Shown one piece after another: positions 40,284-53,279 of a DNA stretch of 64,000 nt. Source of the DNA: Azolla caroliniana (Eukaryota; Plantae; Polypodiophyta); NCBI GenBank assembly GCA_043228905.1, contig JBHGNT010000014.1, positions 4,960,001 through 5,024,000 on the forward strand, written 5' to 3'. Made by a program: the position numbers and the translations under genes. Below the pieces are notes generated by a model, which worked only from the letters and a program-made list of their open reading frames with translations, had not been told where the DNA came from and made no database searches. Numbering within the stretch: the stretch's first letter is position 1; each line of letters opens with the position of its first letter.

Positions 40284-41011
40284 TGTTACGAGCATAACCA
40301 TAACTGTAGTTGTGGGCTAATTTGTAAGGATGAAGGGTAAGGATTGAGTCATCTTGATCCTACGGTGGGAGATAACTTTAGAGCATTTCTCTCACCTTCG
40401 CTAGGGGGTGGTCGGATGGACTGGCGCCCTGCCCTTTCTTCCTTATTTTCTTCTTTAATTTTGCTTAATGTTAATTAAGATTCTAACAGTTGGTACCAGA
40501 GCTTGGTTAACGTTTTCTTGCGTTGGTTTGCCTTTTCTTTTTTATATTTTCTTAATCTTGGAGCGATTAATGGAGTGCATTTTCTCGATCTAAGAACAAC
40601 CAACTCGAGAACTTCGGCATTCTACGTTTCTCTTCTTTTTTATATAATCTTTAAAATGATTTTATTTCTCTTCTACAAGTGTGGGGTGATTGGTTCATCA
40701 ATTTATATGGCGGTTCAATTTCGCTTTAATACCCACTTAGGGTTTTGTTGTTTAATCGGCAATTATAACACGAGCTTTTATTTATTTTTATTGAACAATA
40801 AATAATTAAACTTATCCATGTTTTTCTACATATATGCATATATATGCCTATATCTCTTTTATTCCTAATTTTTAATTATAAATTTATGATTTACTCATAA
40901 TTATTTATTTATATGTGTTTTCTATTTTTTTTGTTTTATTATTATTATTTTTTGGGTCGTGACCTCCTGCAACAGGTCACCTACAAGACATAGCTTGTAG
41001 CAGGTCAACGT
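40284..41011 (+). mobile_element. Short 5' LTR (40284-40488) with Met-type PBS and leader; remainder lost
   Basis: TGTTA...TAACA termini followed by TGGTACCAGAGC (40491-40502). Confidence 0.6.
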
Positions 41012-41554
41012 TGTCACGAAGTTATGCGCATATGTGTGCTACTTGAGCAGGACCACCAGGGACTTAAACCAAAGAGGATGGATGACTCGAAGGCTCGTTA
41101 GAGTCAAATGATCGTTAGACGTGAAGATTTGTTAGAGTCGAATGATCGTCGTAGTCGAAAGCTCCTAGGAGTTGAAAGATCATTAGACTCGAAGGCTCTA
41201 CAGAGTCGAACGCTCTATAGAGTCGAAGATAGTTCAGAGTTGATGATCAGTTAGAGTCGAAGGTGGATTAGAGTCAAAGGTAGATCAAAGTTGAAGGTAA
41301 GTAAGAGTTGAATGTTCTGTAGAGTCGAAGGTAAGTTAGAGTTTAACGTGACCTAGAGTTGAAGGCTTTATAGAGTCGAAGATCTCTTCCCTCGTCCATG
41401 ATGGATTAATCATTAATGTAGTTAAGAACCGGCCTATAAATATCCAATCCCCTTCATATTCTTCTTCATTGAACAAAGAAAATGTACTGTCACCATCTCT
41501 CTTAGCAATTGTAGGAGCTTCGTTGAAAAAGTCAAGTGCCACGATAAAATACAT

Positions 41555-41623
41555 TGTTGGTGAGGATTGAACCTACAACCTCATGTCAACAAGATGTCAC
41601 ACTCAACTATCTTGATATGAACA
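41555..41623 (-). other. tRNA-like Pol III module in element C 5' LTR (second copy 43169-43237)
   Basis: Minus strand TATCAAGAT(A/G)GTTGAG ... GAGGTTGTAGGTTCAATCC; followed by TATTTT. Confidence 0.6.
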
Positions 41624-43334
41624 TGTATTTGTATATGATGTACTTGATCTAGAACTACTCTCTAGTCACAAGTTCTAGAGGCGAACTTAGTGACGTATCA
41701 AGCATCATCTCGTTCCTCTCCTTCCTGCCATTAGGAAAGTTTCAATGTCCTTGGTTCCTTTCAAGGGATTCAACACCAGTAATTGACACATCAATCTAGT
41801 ATTCTTGTTCTATTCCATCTTGTCCGCTTCTTTATCTCTATCTTCATGCTCGCATGGCATTCCCAACTTCCTGAGTTCCTAACCTCGTCACTCCCACCTT
41901 CCAGAGTTCTTATCCTCATCACTTCCAGTTCCATGTTCGTAGCTGTATCGGTCATAGCCCCGTCCCATCGTCCATGCTCCCTCGTAGTCCATGGTTGGTG
42001 TGTCCATGACAATTTGAATCCCTTCCACTAGAGGTATCACATCATCATCGCCACAATTGTTTCTTGTAGAGACACCATTGCCATTGTCATTGCTTCTAGA
42101 GACACCGTCGTCACAGTCCTTACTTGCAGAGTTACCAACGTCATCGTCCTTACTTGCAGAGTTACTTTCATCAACATCCTTGGGTTTAGAGACATCATTG
42201 TCACAATTGTCATTGCTTCTAGAGACGCCATCATCACCATAGTCACAATCATTCCTTCCACAGGCGCTTCCTCCTCCTCATCTTCTTCACTGCCTCGCCT
42301 TTCAACATCATCATTTTTAGCACCTCTTGTTGTCTTCATCAATGCTACTTCGCTCAACCTTCATCGTTGTCAGCATTGCATTGCTTGGTTGGCCATTATC
42401 GTCATAATTATCGTTGTCATCATCTACAAGTATCATTTTGAATCACAATTTTAGTGAGCATTGATTTCGATCACTCACCTTCCATGTTCTGGTGGGGGTT
42501 ACAACCACCCACTTTCCTAGTGGGGATCAAATCATTTCTTGCTCACACTCCATTTTCATTTGGTCCACATTTCACTCCACTTTCCTTTGACGAGGATCGA
42601 TTTTGATCGCTCACCTTCTAGTTCCGATGGGGGTCACACCCGCTCACTTTCCTAGTGGGGATCGCATAGTTTATCTTTAGAGCTATTGTTTGTGTCGTGT
42701 TTTGGGTCAACCTCGACTATTTATCCTCTCATAATAGAAGAAGTTGAGTCGACTGCTTCGCCTGCACTCCTTCACATGTTGGTGTTCCAGTTCCCAGTGA
42801 GGACTGCACTTGGTCGCTCGCACCTAGTGGTGTTCCAGTTCTCGGTGAGAACCTCATGGTTTCTTACGCCCATTTGTGTTCCAGTTTCCCGTGAGGGCTA
42901 CACATGGTCACTCATGCATGTTGGTGTTCGTGTTCCCGATGAGGACCACACATGGTCGCTCGCGCCCGTTGATGTTCTAGTCTCTCGTGAGGACCTCACA
43001 TGGTCGCTCACGTTCACTTGTGTTCTTATTTCTGTTGAGGACTGCTCATGGTCACCCACTCATCAATCTATACTTCGGTTTGCCCTTTCAACTCACCTCT
43101 ACACCATGCTTTTGAAAAGGAGACCGTAAAGGGGAGGATAATGTCACGAACAGTGACATAAAATACATCGTTGATGAGTATTGAACCTACAACCTCACAT
43201 CAACAAGATGTCATGCTCAACCATCTTGATATGAACATGTATTAATAATGTACTTGATCTAGAAATACTCTCTAGTCATATACCTCTAGAAAGTTCTAGA
43301 ACTAGAAGGTTCTAGAATATTCTCCAAAATATTC

Positions 43335-44179
43335 TTTTTTTTTTTCCCAAAAAAATTTCCTTCATTAGTATTAAGAAAAACGCCATAAGGCTACAAACTG
43401 TACAATTTAGAGAGTATTATATACAAAAAGGATAATCAGGGGAAGGGCCAGGGATGATGATACTTCCAGGTTGGTCCTTGAGAGGAGATCGTGAACAGAG
43501 GCAACTTCCTCCATAATTGTAGTAATTTTTAACTTTTCTTAAGAACAACCTCCGAAGGGCCCGGCATATTGTCATATTGCCCACGCACTACAACTAGTAA
43601 GTTGTCCCATAATTCTAGCAATATATCTGAGAGAAGGTGTACTATGGAATCATATCGTCTTTTACATCGATACTTCCATAAGGTCCATAATGTAACCGTG
43701 GATACTGTTTTCCATACTTGGGCTGCACGCATTTGCTTTCGAGGCTGTCGAAAAGGCGAGACAGATATTAGATGCCTGTTGATGACAGTCTTAGCCTCTA
43801 GAGCATCATTTACCTCATACAATAATAGACTGGAATGGAGAACCCCCCATACCGCTGATCCCCAGGTGAATAGGCAACCTACATTAATTGTCAGGAATAA
43901 AGAAAGAACTTTATTCCATACCTGTTGAGCTAGTGAACAGGACCAGAGAGCATGCTTTGTAGTTTCCTGCAAGTCACCACAATAACTACACTGTCTAAGA
44001 ACGGGTGCCACGTTTCCTTTCAAAGATTGACCTACCGGTAGTGTTGCATGTAGCAAAAGCCATCTGAAGAGAGTGTATTTTGTTGGTCCCCTAAAAGACC
44101 AAATCCATTTCCAATAAGCCTTCAAATGACTGCTTGATATACCCCACTTATTCCAGTGCTTTTGAGCCGTAGGAGTTGG
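43335..44179 (-). mobile_element. 5'-truncated LINE (zf-RVT C-terminal region, poly(A) tail) inserted in element C 3' LTR
   Basis: ORF 43529-44194 WKWIWS..PTK..LFRW..LPVG..CSYC..ETTKHALWSC; poly(T) at 43335; TSD about AATATTCT at 43328 and 44180. Confidence 0.88.
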
Positions 44180-44999
44180 AATATTCTTAGACATGAGTAA
44201 GGTTCTCCAAAATATTCTAATGCATGTACTTCTTTATAATTGTAACCTCCTTGGTCTCTTTCAAGGGATTCAACAACAGTCATTGACACATCAATCTAGT
44301 CTTCTTGTTCCATTCCATCTTGTCTCCTTCATCTCTATCTTCCTGCTCTCATGTCGTTCCCATATTCCAAAGTTCCTAGCCTTGTCTCTCCCAGCTTCCA
44401 GAGCTCCTAGCCTCGTTAGTTCCAAATTCAAGTTCAGAGTTCCTAGCCTCGTCACTTCCAAATCCACGTTTGTAGCCTTATCGGTTGTAGCCCCGTCATA
44501 TGTGCTCCCTCGTAGTCCATGGTTGGTGTGTCCATGACATCAAGTTCCTCTTCATGATCCACCAACTCTTCGATTTTCTCTTGACAACTAGTTCTAGACA
44601 ATGTATTCGCCAAAGCTTTATCTTTCCTAGACACATGTCGGACTTCAGAGTTAAGTGATTTCATGTATGCCATCCAATGCAAAGTAGCAATATCTAGTAT
44701 TGAACATTCAAAAATCATGTCAAGAATTGGAAGACAATTTGTTTCAATAACAACTTTCGCCTTGATTAAGTAATCTCGGCCCGTTATTACTACCATTACA
44801 ATTCTCCGCACTTCTCTTTTCACTTGAGCATACTTCCTTTCTCTTTCACTTAAGACTTTTGCCCCAAACCGAATTACATATCGTATCCCATCCTCACTCT
44901 TTTGATTGAGTACCCATCCAATATCAGTCGGGCTCGTGTACACTGCAACAAATATGGGGGAATCCATGTATGTATATTGGTCTTAATGTTGGGGCATTG

Positions 45000-47900
45000 T
45001 GTTGAATACAGGTCTCTAATGGATGTATTCACATTGTCCCATTGGACACACTAGGTTTAGGCTATTTCTGTAAATAGTGGAAAGGGTAGTTGCCCTAAGT
45101 TAGTTAGTATTGGAACTAACTTCTGTAACCTAATGTTAAGGTTGTTTGTTTGGTTGTTGTTGCTATTCGTTTGTAACTTAGAGCTTGAATAATATAGTTA
45201 CATCTTGCTTGTGCTATCATTGTTTTTCTTCTTCCTATTGCTTTGTTGATCTTGTCTTATGATCTAGTTGCCTAATGCTATAAATCTGTTTCTCTATCTA
45301 TCCATCTGACGATCTTCATAACCAAGAGTGCTGAGATATTGTTCCGCATCAGACGACTGCATACAACATCTGGTATTAGAGCTTGGTATTTTCTTGATCC
45401 CGTTGCTGTCGTCTACTTTGTTCTTCATCAACAACTCTCTTTTTTGTCCCTTCCGATGACAGTTTTTGGTATAACAGATTCCAAGATTTCAGTCCTATTG
45501 AAATCCTTCGTTTGGCAACTCTTCACAAGATTATATTCAGCAAAGAGAAACACTTGGAAAGTCTGCACTCCATTGATCTAAATCACTCTTGAAGTAAGCC
45601 AGTCGGTTGTGCTTTACTCTTGTGATTGCAGCTGCTCGGAGTGAGACTTCGTTCTGCAAGTTCTGCCCTAATCGTGCTTCATCAGGTTAGATGACAATCG
45701 AATAGGTCGATCGACGCTATTCTCTCACTCGTCGTAATCACTCGTAGCAATTGGGTTCCAGGGAACAACCCCTATCCGTGCTTCATTCCGTTAGATGACA
45801 TTCGGGAGGACCAACAGGCTTCGTCCCTCTCATCATCGTAGTCATTCGAAGCAAGATCGGCTTGGATAATTGGCACATGTTCTGTGATCGGTATCTTAAA
45901 ATCAACATTGGAATTGAATTGGAGGTTAATTGTGCTCAATTTGATTAGGTGATATTTGGGAAGATTAGTCGACTCTGTTCCCCTACTCACCATAGCAACT
46001 CCGAGCAAGTTTAGCACCCAATTGCTATTCTAATTCCAATTGACAGATTTGTATCCAACTCGGCTAAGTCGATTGGTTGGAGTCACTTCGCATAGAATCA
46101 ACCAATAGTCAAAGCCGATTTGACTTGTGTTCGAATTCGACTAGAATGATATCGGGTGAGCCAATCGGCTGCATCCCACCACCGTTTGTAGTCAACTCTG
46201 AATAGAGCCTAATCAACCGAACAAATGGCATCAACAAACGACTCATTAGAGATGAGTTTAAGGAAGTTCGACGGATTGAACTTCAACTTTTGGAAGGAAC
46301 AGATGCAAGACTATCTAATAGTTAAGGGTCAGATAGATCCGATTGGGCCAGAAAACCCTCCAGAAGGAATCAAGCCGAATGAGTGGACGAAAGTTGATAG
46401 AATTGCCCAAGCCACCATTCAGATGCGCTTGTTGGAGTCAGTGTACTTCACAATGCAATCGTTTCTAACGGCCTTTCAATTATGGAAGACACTCTCGGAC
46501 ACTTATGAGAAGAAGGTAGCCACCACAAAGATATATCTGATTCGGCGCCTTTACAACCTTCGGATGAAAGAATCCGATTCGGTCCAGGCACACCTCAACG
46601 AGTACAAAAGCGTAAGTTCCCAAATCTTGGCTCAGGGGACGACTATTGAGAATGAACTAAAAGCCATGCTTTTTATGAGTAGTCTCCCCCCCTTGTGGGA
46701 AACAATCATCACAACCGTGTGCAATGTGTCGACTGCCGTCGTGAAGTACTCTGAAGTTACAAGCGCAATCCTGAATGAAGATGCTCAGAGCAAATCGTTT
46801 GCAAAAGACTCGCCCAATGACGCTTACGTAGTACAAAGTTTGATTAACCGATTGAATAGTTGAGGACGAAGTTCTTCCCGACCGCCAAACAATTAGCGAA
46901 GTCGGAGCAAGTCTCGGGACAATCGAATATGCAATTATTGCAAGAAACCCAGCCACATCAAAGATGATTGATGTGCACTCAAAGCCAAGAACGATAAAAC
47001 TCAGCAAGCTGATAAGATGAATGGCCGGCATGAAGAGGTCAATTACATCGGCTCTTTAGCCGAAGTACTGTCAAAGGACCTGAACATTCTGTTTATTGAA
47101 CACTTAGTCGAATCAAAAGTTCTGGTTACGATTGAAGAGTCAATCACTTGGCTCCTCGATTTGGGTGTGTTCTATCATGTGACTCCTCATAGATCCCAAT
47201 TTCGACAATATTCAGTCCGACACTCCGACTCAGTCTGAGTCGGAAATTCGCAACATTGCGCTATCATCGGAACCAACACTGTAGAGCTCAACCTTCCAGG
47301 TGGCTCCACACTTGTACTACACAATGTCCGACATGTACCTGAGCTCTCAAGACAATTGATCTCAGTTGGACAATTGGACGAAGATGACATTTGTGCCCGC
47401 TACTCATTAGGAGGGTGGACACTCCACAAGGGGAACCTCCTGCTTGCTCGAGGCTTGAAGGTACATTCACTATACCCGTTATATGTCACACTCAGAGAGG
47501 GTGACTTGTTTTTTGTGGACATTCCTGTGTCGTCGCTATGGCATGGACGACTCAGACACCTCAGCAAGGCCGACATCATGCATTTATGCAAAACCAGATA
47601 CATTCCCAAACTCTCCTTCTCTGATCATCAATTCTGCGAGCATTGCCAGTATGGCAAATAGATAGCTGCATCACACCCAACGACAGTACCGAGAGAATAT
47701 AGTCCACTTGATTTGGTCCACTTGGACGTTTGTGGCCCTATGCCGCATCATTCTCTCGGTAGTGCACTGTACTTCATTAGTTTTATCGGCGATTCAACTC
47801 GGAAGGTGTGGGCTTATCTGATCATAACCAAAGATCAAGTGTTCTTGGTCTTTTCCAAATGGCTCGCAATGGTAGAAAATCAGTCCAGTCGAAAGCTAAA

Positions 47901-50493
47901 ATGCCTTGGGACTGACAATGGAGGAGAGTTCAAGTCGGAAGAATTCGTTAGATTTTGCCAACAACACGACATCAGACGTGAATACATGGCACTCCACAGT
48001 TTGGAGTAGAATGGAATTGCCGAGCAGATGAATTGGACAATTCAAGAATGGATAGTATCCATGCTCCAACACTCCCGACTCTCGGATTGCTTATGGGAAG
48101 AGGCCCTACTTACAGCAATACACATAATTAACATGTCACCGAGTAGGCCGCTAGGACTTCAAGTACCTCAGGAATTATGGACCGACAGGAAGCTGAATTA
48201 CGGCAAGCTGAGGATTTTAGGATGTGAGGCGTACGCCCTCATACCGAAAGACGACTGCCGCAAATTAGAACCGCACCGACTCGGCAACGCTCGATTCACA
48301 CAATCGAATGATTCGGCTTTGAAACATCCGACTCTGACACCCAATGCGACTAGTCCAATCATACCTCGAAGATCCGAGAGACTGTCGATCCGAGAGGTAC
48401 TCCCCTGGAATCTTCTTTACGGACACCGGCAAACCGATGGAGTTGGAAATGAACTCCATTCAGGCAAACAAGACTTGGGATTTGGTCGAACTACTGAAAA
48501 ATTGACGTGCTCTTCCGTGCAAGTGGGTTTACAGATTAAAAGAGATGTCCGATTCGGCCACCCCAAAATTCAAGGCCAGATTAGTAGCTAAGGGCTTCCC
48601 ACAAGAATATGGTGTCAACTTCGATGATATCTTTTCATCAGTGGTGAAAATGACGACCCTTTGATTTCTACTCAGCGTAGTGGCAGCCGAGGACTTGAAG
48701 TTGATCTAGCTAGATGTAAAAACGGGCTTCCTCCATGGCGATCTAGAGGAGGAAATTTATATGGAGTAGCCAAAAGGCTTTGTGGAATCCGGCCAAGAAC
48801 ATCTAGTCTACCGACTCAAGAAGAGTCTATACGGCCTAAAGCAGGCACCGAGACAATGGTACAAGAAGTTCGACGACTACATCAAATCAGTTCATTTCTC
48901 AAAGAGCGATGAGGTTCACTGCCTCTTCACCAAAATAGCTCAAGATGGGTCTCCCATCTTTCTCATCATCTACGTGGATGCCATGCTACTCACCAGTCGA
49001 CATGCTGAAGAGCTCACCGAACTTGTTCGGCAATTGCGGTTGAAGTTTGCAATGAAGGACCTCAGTCCGGCAAGACACATTCTCAGGATGAAGATAAGTC
49101 AAAATCGGAATCGACGACAATTGTTTCTGTCTCAATCTGACTATGTTGGATGTGTCTTAGAACACTTTAACATGCAATCGGCCAAATATGTTTCGACCTC
49201 GCTCCCCATTAATCTTCGACTGTCTCAGCGAGACTGCCCGACATCCAGTCCGGAGGGGTAAGTTATGAAGTCAGTATTGTATGCATCGGCAATCGACTCC
49301 TTGATGTATGTGATGGTCGTGACACGGCCTGACATTGCTCTCCGTTGGAGTCGTTAGCAACTTTATGCACAATCCCGGCTGATCGCATTGGAACGTAGTC
49401 AAGCATGTGTTCAGATATCTAGTGGGCACAAAGGACTATGGCATTCTATTTGGCCCGAACGACACTTCAAGTGTAGTCGGTTATACCGATTCAGACTTTG
49501 CCGACTTCATAGAGAGTTAATAGTCGACAATTGTATATTGCTTTAAATTTGGCAATGGAGCAATCTCGTGAAAGTCGAAACTTCAAGAATGCACTGTCAT
49601 GTCAACGATCAAGGCCAAATATGTTGCCACTTCCGATGCGGCGAAAGAGGCTGGCTCGCACGTTTCGACAAGTTGATTTCAACTCGGCTCCAGTTGTCTA
49701 CAATGACCGTCAGGGTCCTATCGCTCAATCGAAAATTCCAGTTCAACACAATGCCTAGAAGCACATCAATGTGAGATACCATTTTGTTCAGAACTGCGTC
49801 ATTTCAGGGAAAATCAGCCTCAAGAAGATACCTACAGCTGATAATGTCACAAATGGGATGACCAAGTGTCTTTCGGTGAATTGATTATGATCCCTTCGGC
49901 ACCAGATGGGCGTAATGAAGAATCAATCCAATTGAGTCGGACAGTCAGGACGGTTTCGGATAATCATCATCGATAGTTTGAGGCTCGGCTTCAGTTCTTC
50001 TGACCTCGACCGATTTGGCCTTCTGCTCTCGGATTTTTTCCGACTCGAACAAAATTGAATTGTTCGACAACCTGGTATAAATCTGTACTCCTTTTCATTT
50101 ATTACAAATTCCCTATTGTATACGCCCATTACAGGGGAGTGTTGAATACGGGCCTCTAGTGGATGTATTCACATTGTCCCATTGGATACACTAGGTCTAG
50201 GCTATTTCTGTAAATAGTGGAAAGGGTTGTTGCCCTAAGTTAGTTAGTATTCAAACTAACTTTTGTACCTAATGTTAAGGTTGTTCGTTTTGGTTGTTGC
50301 CACCATTTGTTTGTAACTTAGACCTTGAATAATACAGTTACATCTTGCTTGTGCTATCATTGTTTTTCTTCTTCCTATTGCTTTGTTGATCTTGTCTTAT
50401 GATCTAGTTTCAGTTTCTCTACCTATTCATCTGATGATCTTCATAATCAAGAGCGCTGAGATATTGTTTCGCATTAGATGGCTGCATACAACA
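45000..50493 (+). mobile_element. Ty1/copia element D, degenerate; LTRs 45000-45368 and 50140-50493; flanks do not form a TSD
   Basis: TGTTG...CAACA LTRs, PBS TGGTATTAGAGC (45371), PPT ACAGGGGAG, gag 46225-46863, integrase, RT (LKKSLYGLKQAPRQW), many stops and an internal deletion. Confidence 0.93.
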
Positions 50494-53279
50494 AACATAT
50501 CGTAGTTCCACTTCACCTGAGAGAACTCGCTCACGGACAAAATGATAGTGCACCTCAATGTGCTTGGTTTGGGCAGGCCCTTGAACACATCTGACCACGT
50601 CTTGGTTCTGGCCTTCTTGTTCAGGTCGGCTCTACCCTTCTTGGCTCTGCCGCTTGTCTTGCCTTTCTTGGCTAACTTCCCCTTTGTTGGTTGGCTCCGG
50701 CTTTGGCTCGTTCTTTTGGTCACTCGCCCCCTGCATCCGCCCTTGGCTTCTTTAGTCGTCTCAAAATCGAATTCCCCATCCTATTTGGCTCGGACTTCAT
50801 CTCTCTCCCTCTCACTTTCTCTTCTCCCCCTCAAGTTAAGCATGTCGAGATGTTGCAAGCCAAGCATGCTCAAAAAATGCCACAACTTGTCCATGTCTAG
50901 AGGTTTGGTGAAGATGTCGACCACCTATTGATCAGTCGGAACATATCGCAGTCCCACTTCACCCGAGATATCTTACTCACGGAAAAAATGATAGTGCACC
51001 TCAATGTGCTTGGTCTGGGCATGGAAGACAAGGTTCTTCACAAGTTGGATGTTGGTGAGGTTATCGCAGTATATCACTGTCGGTTCAGATACCTCCACAT
51101 CCAAATCCTTCAAGAGCCTCTTGATCCATATGGCTTCGCAAGTCACGACAGTCGCTCCTCGATATTCGGCCTCGGTGTTCGATAATGCAACCGTTGGCTG
51201 CTCTTTATTGCTCCAGGCGACCGTGACGCTTCCAAGTGAAAACACAAAACTTGATGTAGACCTTCGATTGCTGACATTTCCAGGCCAATCGTCATCCGTG
51301 TAGCTGACCAGTTGTTCGGTTGCACCGGTATGATATAACATCACTTGATCCTTCGTGCTGCTTACATATCGCAAGATTCTTTGTGCGCACTGAAGATGTT
51401 TGATTGTGGATTGCGACATAAATTGACTAATCAGTTTGACCGGATACTTGAGGTCCGGACGGGTGATGGTCAGGTAGATAAGGCTTCCGAAAATCTGTTG
51501 GAATTGTGTCGGGTCGCACGCCGTTCCCGAACCTTGGTGGAGCTTCACATTTTGTTCTAGAGGAGTCGCGATGGATTTACAGTCCGTCATTCCAAACTTG
51601 AAGAGCATACTCAGTACATAGTCCCTTTGGCTAATTAGTATGCCTTCGGTGGTGTGGATCACTTTGATCCCGAGGAAGTAATGAAGGTTCCCAAGATCCT
51701 TCATGTCGAATGATGTCGGTAATTGAGACTTGACTCGAATGATTTCCTCTAGATCGGCATCGGTGATGACTAGATCATCGATATATAACAATATACTAAC
51801 TGGTCCGGTCCGACTTTGCCGAATGAACAAGGAAGAGTATGATTTGGATGGCTAAAACCCCATTTGACGCAATCTTTGCGTGATCTTTGTGTTCCAGGCT
51901 TGGGGGGCTTGTTTCAATTTGTAGAGGGACTTCTTCAGTCGGCAAACTAATGATGTGTTCAATTCGGATAGAAATCTGGGGGGTTGTACTATGTACACTT
52001 GTTCCTCAAGACCGCCTTGCACGAATGCATTCTTTACATCCATCTGATGTAGATGCCACCCCTTTGCCTTTGCTATAGCCAACAACACATGGACGATCGT
52101 CATCTTTGCGACTGATGCGAACATCTCATCGTAGTCGATGTCATGTAGCTGCACATAGCCTTTTGCCACCAGTCTGTCCTTGTACCGGTTGACAGAGCCG
52201 TCAGCGTTGTATTTTACCTTATACACCCACTTGCATCTGATTGTCTTTACTCCCTTTCGAATGTCAACCAGGTCCCAAGTCTCATTTTCGGCCAAAGCAC
52301 ACATCTCTTTCTCCATGGCCACACCAATTCGTGTCTGTCGCCGCCTCTACGTAGCTCTCTGGCTCACACACTTCCATCACATTCGTCATATACGCATGGT
52401 GATGCGCCATATAGTCATTGTACCCATACCGAACTACGGTGTTCTTCTAGCGGGTTGACTGGGGCAACTTCGGTGTCGTCGATTTCATGGTCCTCTTGTC
52501 TGACTCCGACCTCAACTCATGAGGTCCATCTTCGCTCCTGACCGCTTCGGATTCACTCCGGTCTGATGTGTCGTATTCCAACATCTTCATCTTCACCTTC
52601 TCCTTGTGTGTATTTCAGCATCTCCTTGACTTCTAGTGCGGCGACTGCACGACCAAGTCTTCACTACTCGTCAGCTCCTCATCCGGTTGGTCGTTCCGAC
52701 TCAGTTTCTCATTCGGTCCACTTAGCTGAAATGACACTGGACTCTCCTCAAGAGTACCGATATCTTGCTCAACCATCCGATCGGCCTCATTGGCCTCATC
52801 TTCAGAATTCAGAATGGAGTTGATGGGGGTCAGAAACGGAGGCAAGTACCACGAAGCCGACTCGTTGAATACGACATCTTGACTTACTCAGACATGCTCA
52901 TCCGTGTAGCTGACCAAGATACACTTGTCGGATTTGGCGTATAGCTTCCTCTGCTTCTCCTTCGGCACATGCACATATGCTATGTTGCCGAACACCCTCA
53001 AGTGTGCCAAGTTTGGCTTCTTCCTGAAGTACTACTCGTGTGGCGACACATTTCCTCCAGCTACAGATGTCTAATTCTAAAGGTACACGACTGTTCTAAC
53101 TGCTTTGGTCTTGTGGAACTTCGGCATATGCTTCTCCTCAAGCATTGCCCGTGTTACTTCCTCTATCGTCTGATTCTTCCGCATAGCCACACCGTTCTGC
53201 TCCAGTGTGTATCCACAAGAGAACTCACATCAGATTCCCTCCTTCTGCAGATAGCTTGAGAACTAGTCAGAAAAGTACT
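50494..53279 (-). mobile_element. Ty1/copia element E fragment (integrase end, RT, RNase H), older and degenerate
   Basis: ORFs 51852-52322 and 50973-51830 (YIDD, TKHIEVHYHF); cut at 53279 by the LTR of copia F. Confidence 0.9.

Larger units (their letters stand above)
41537..44539 (+). mobile_element. Element C: non-coding TRIM/LARD-like LTR element (LTRs 41537-42011 and 43142-44539), self-priming PBS, 5-bp TSD TCAAG
   Basis: Homologous LTRs ending TGTCCATGACA; TCAAG at 41532-41536 and 44540-44544; PPT AAGGGGAGGATAA before 43142; 1.1-kb internal region of tandem repeats without retroelement ORFs. Confidence 0.85.
41012..44999 (-). mobile_element. Remnant of pol-bearing Ty3/gypsy element (RNase H plus linker, LTR U5 end), interrupted by element C
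   Basis: RNase H ORF 44452-44967 joins in frame across TSD TCAAG to DFFNEAP...FNEEEYEGDW (41336-41536); 41012-41070 homologous to the U5 end of element B; left flank ACGT; AGAGTCGAA repeats at about 41086-41381. Confidence 0.8.
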
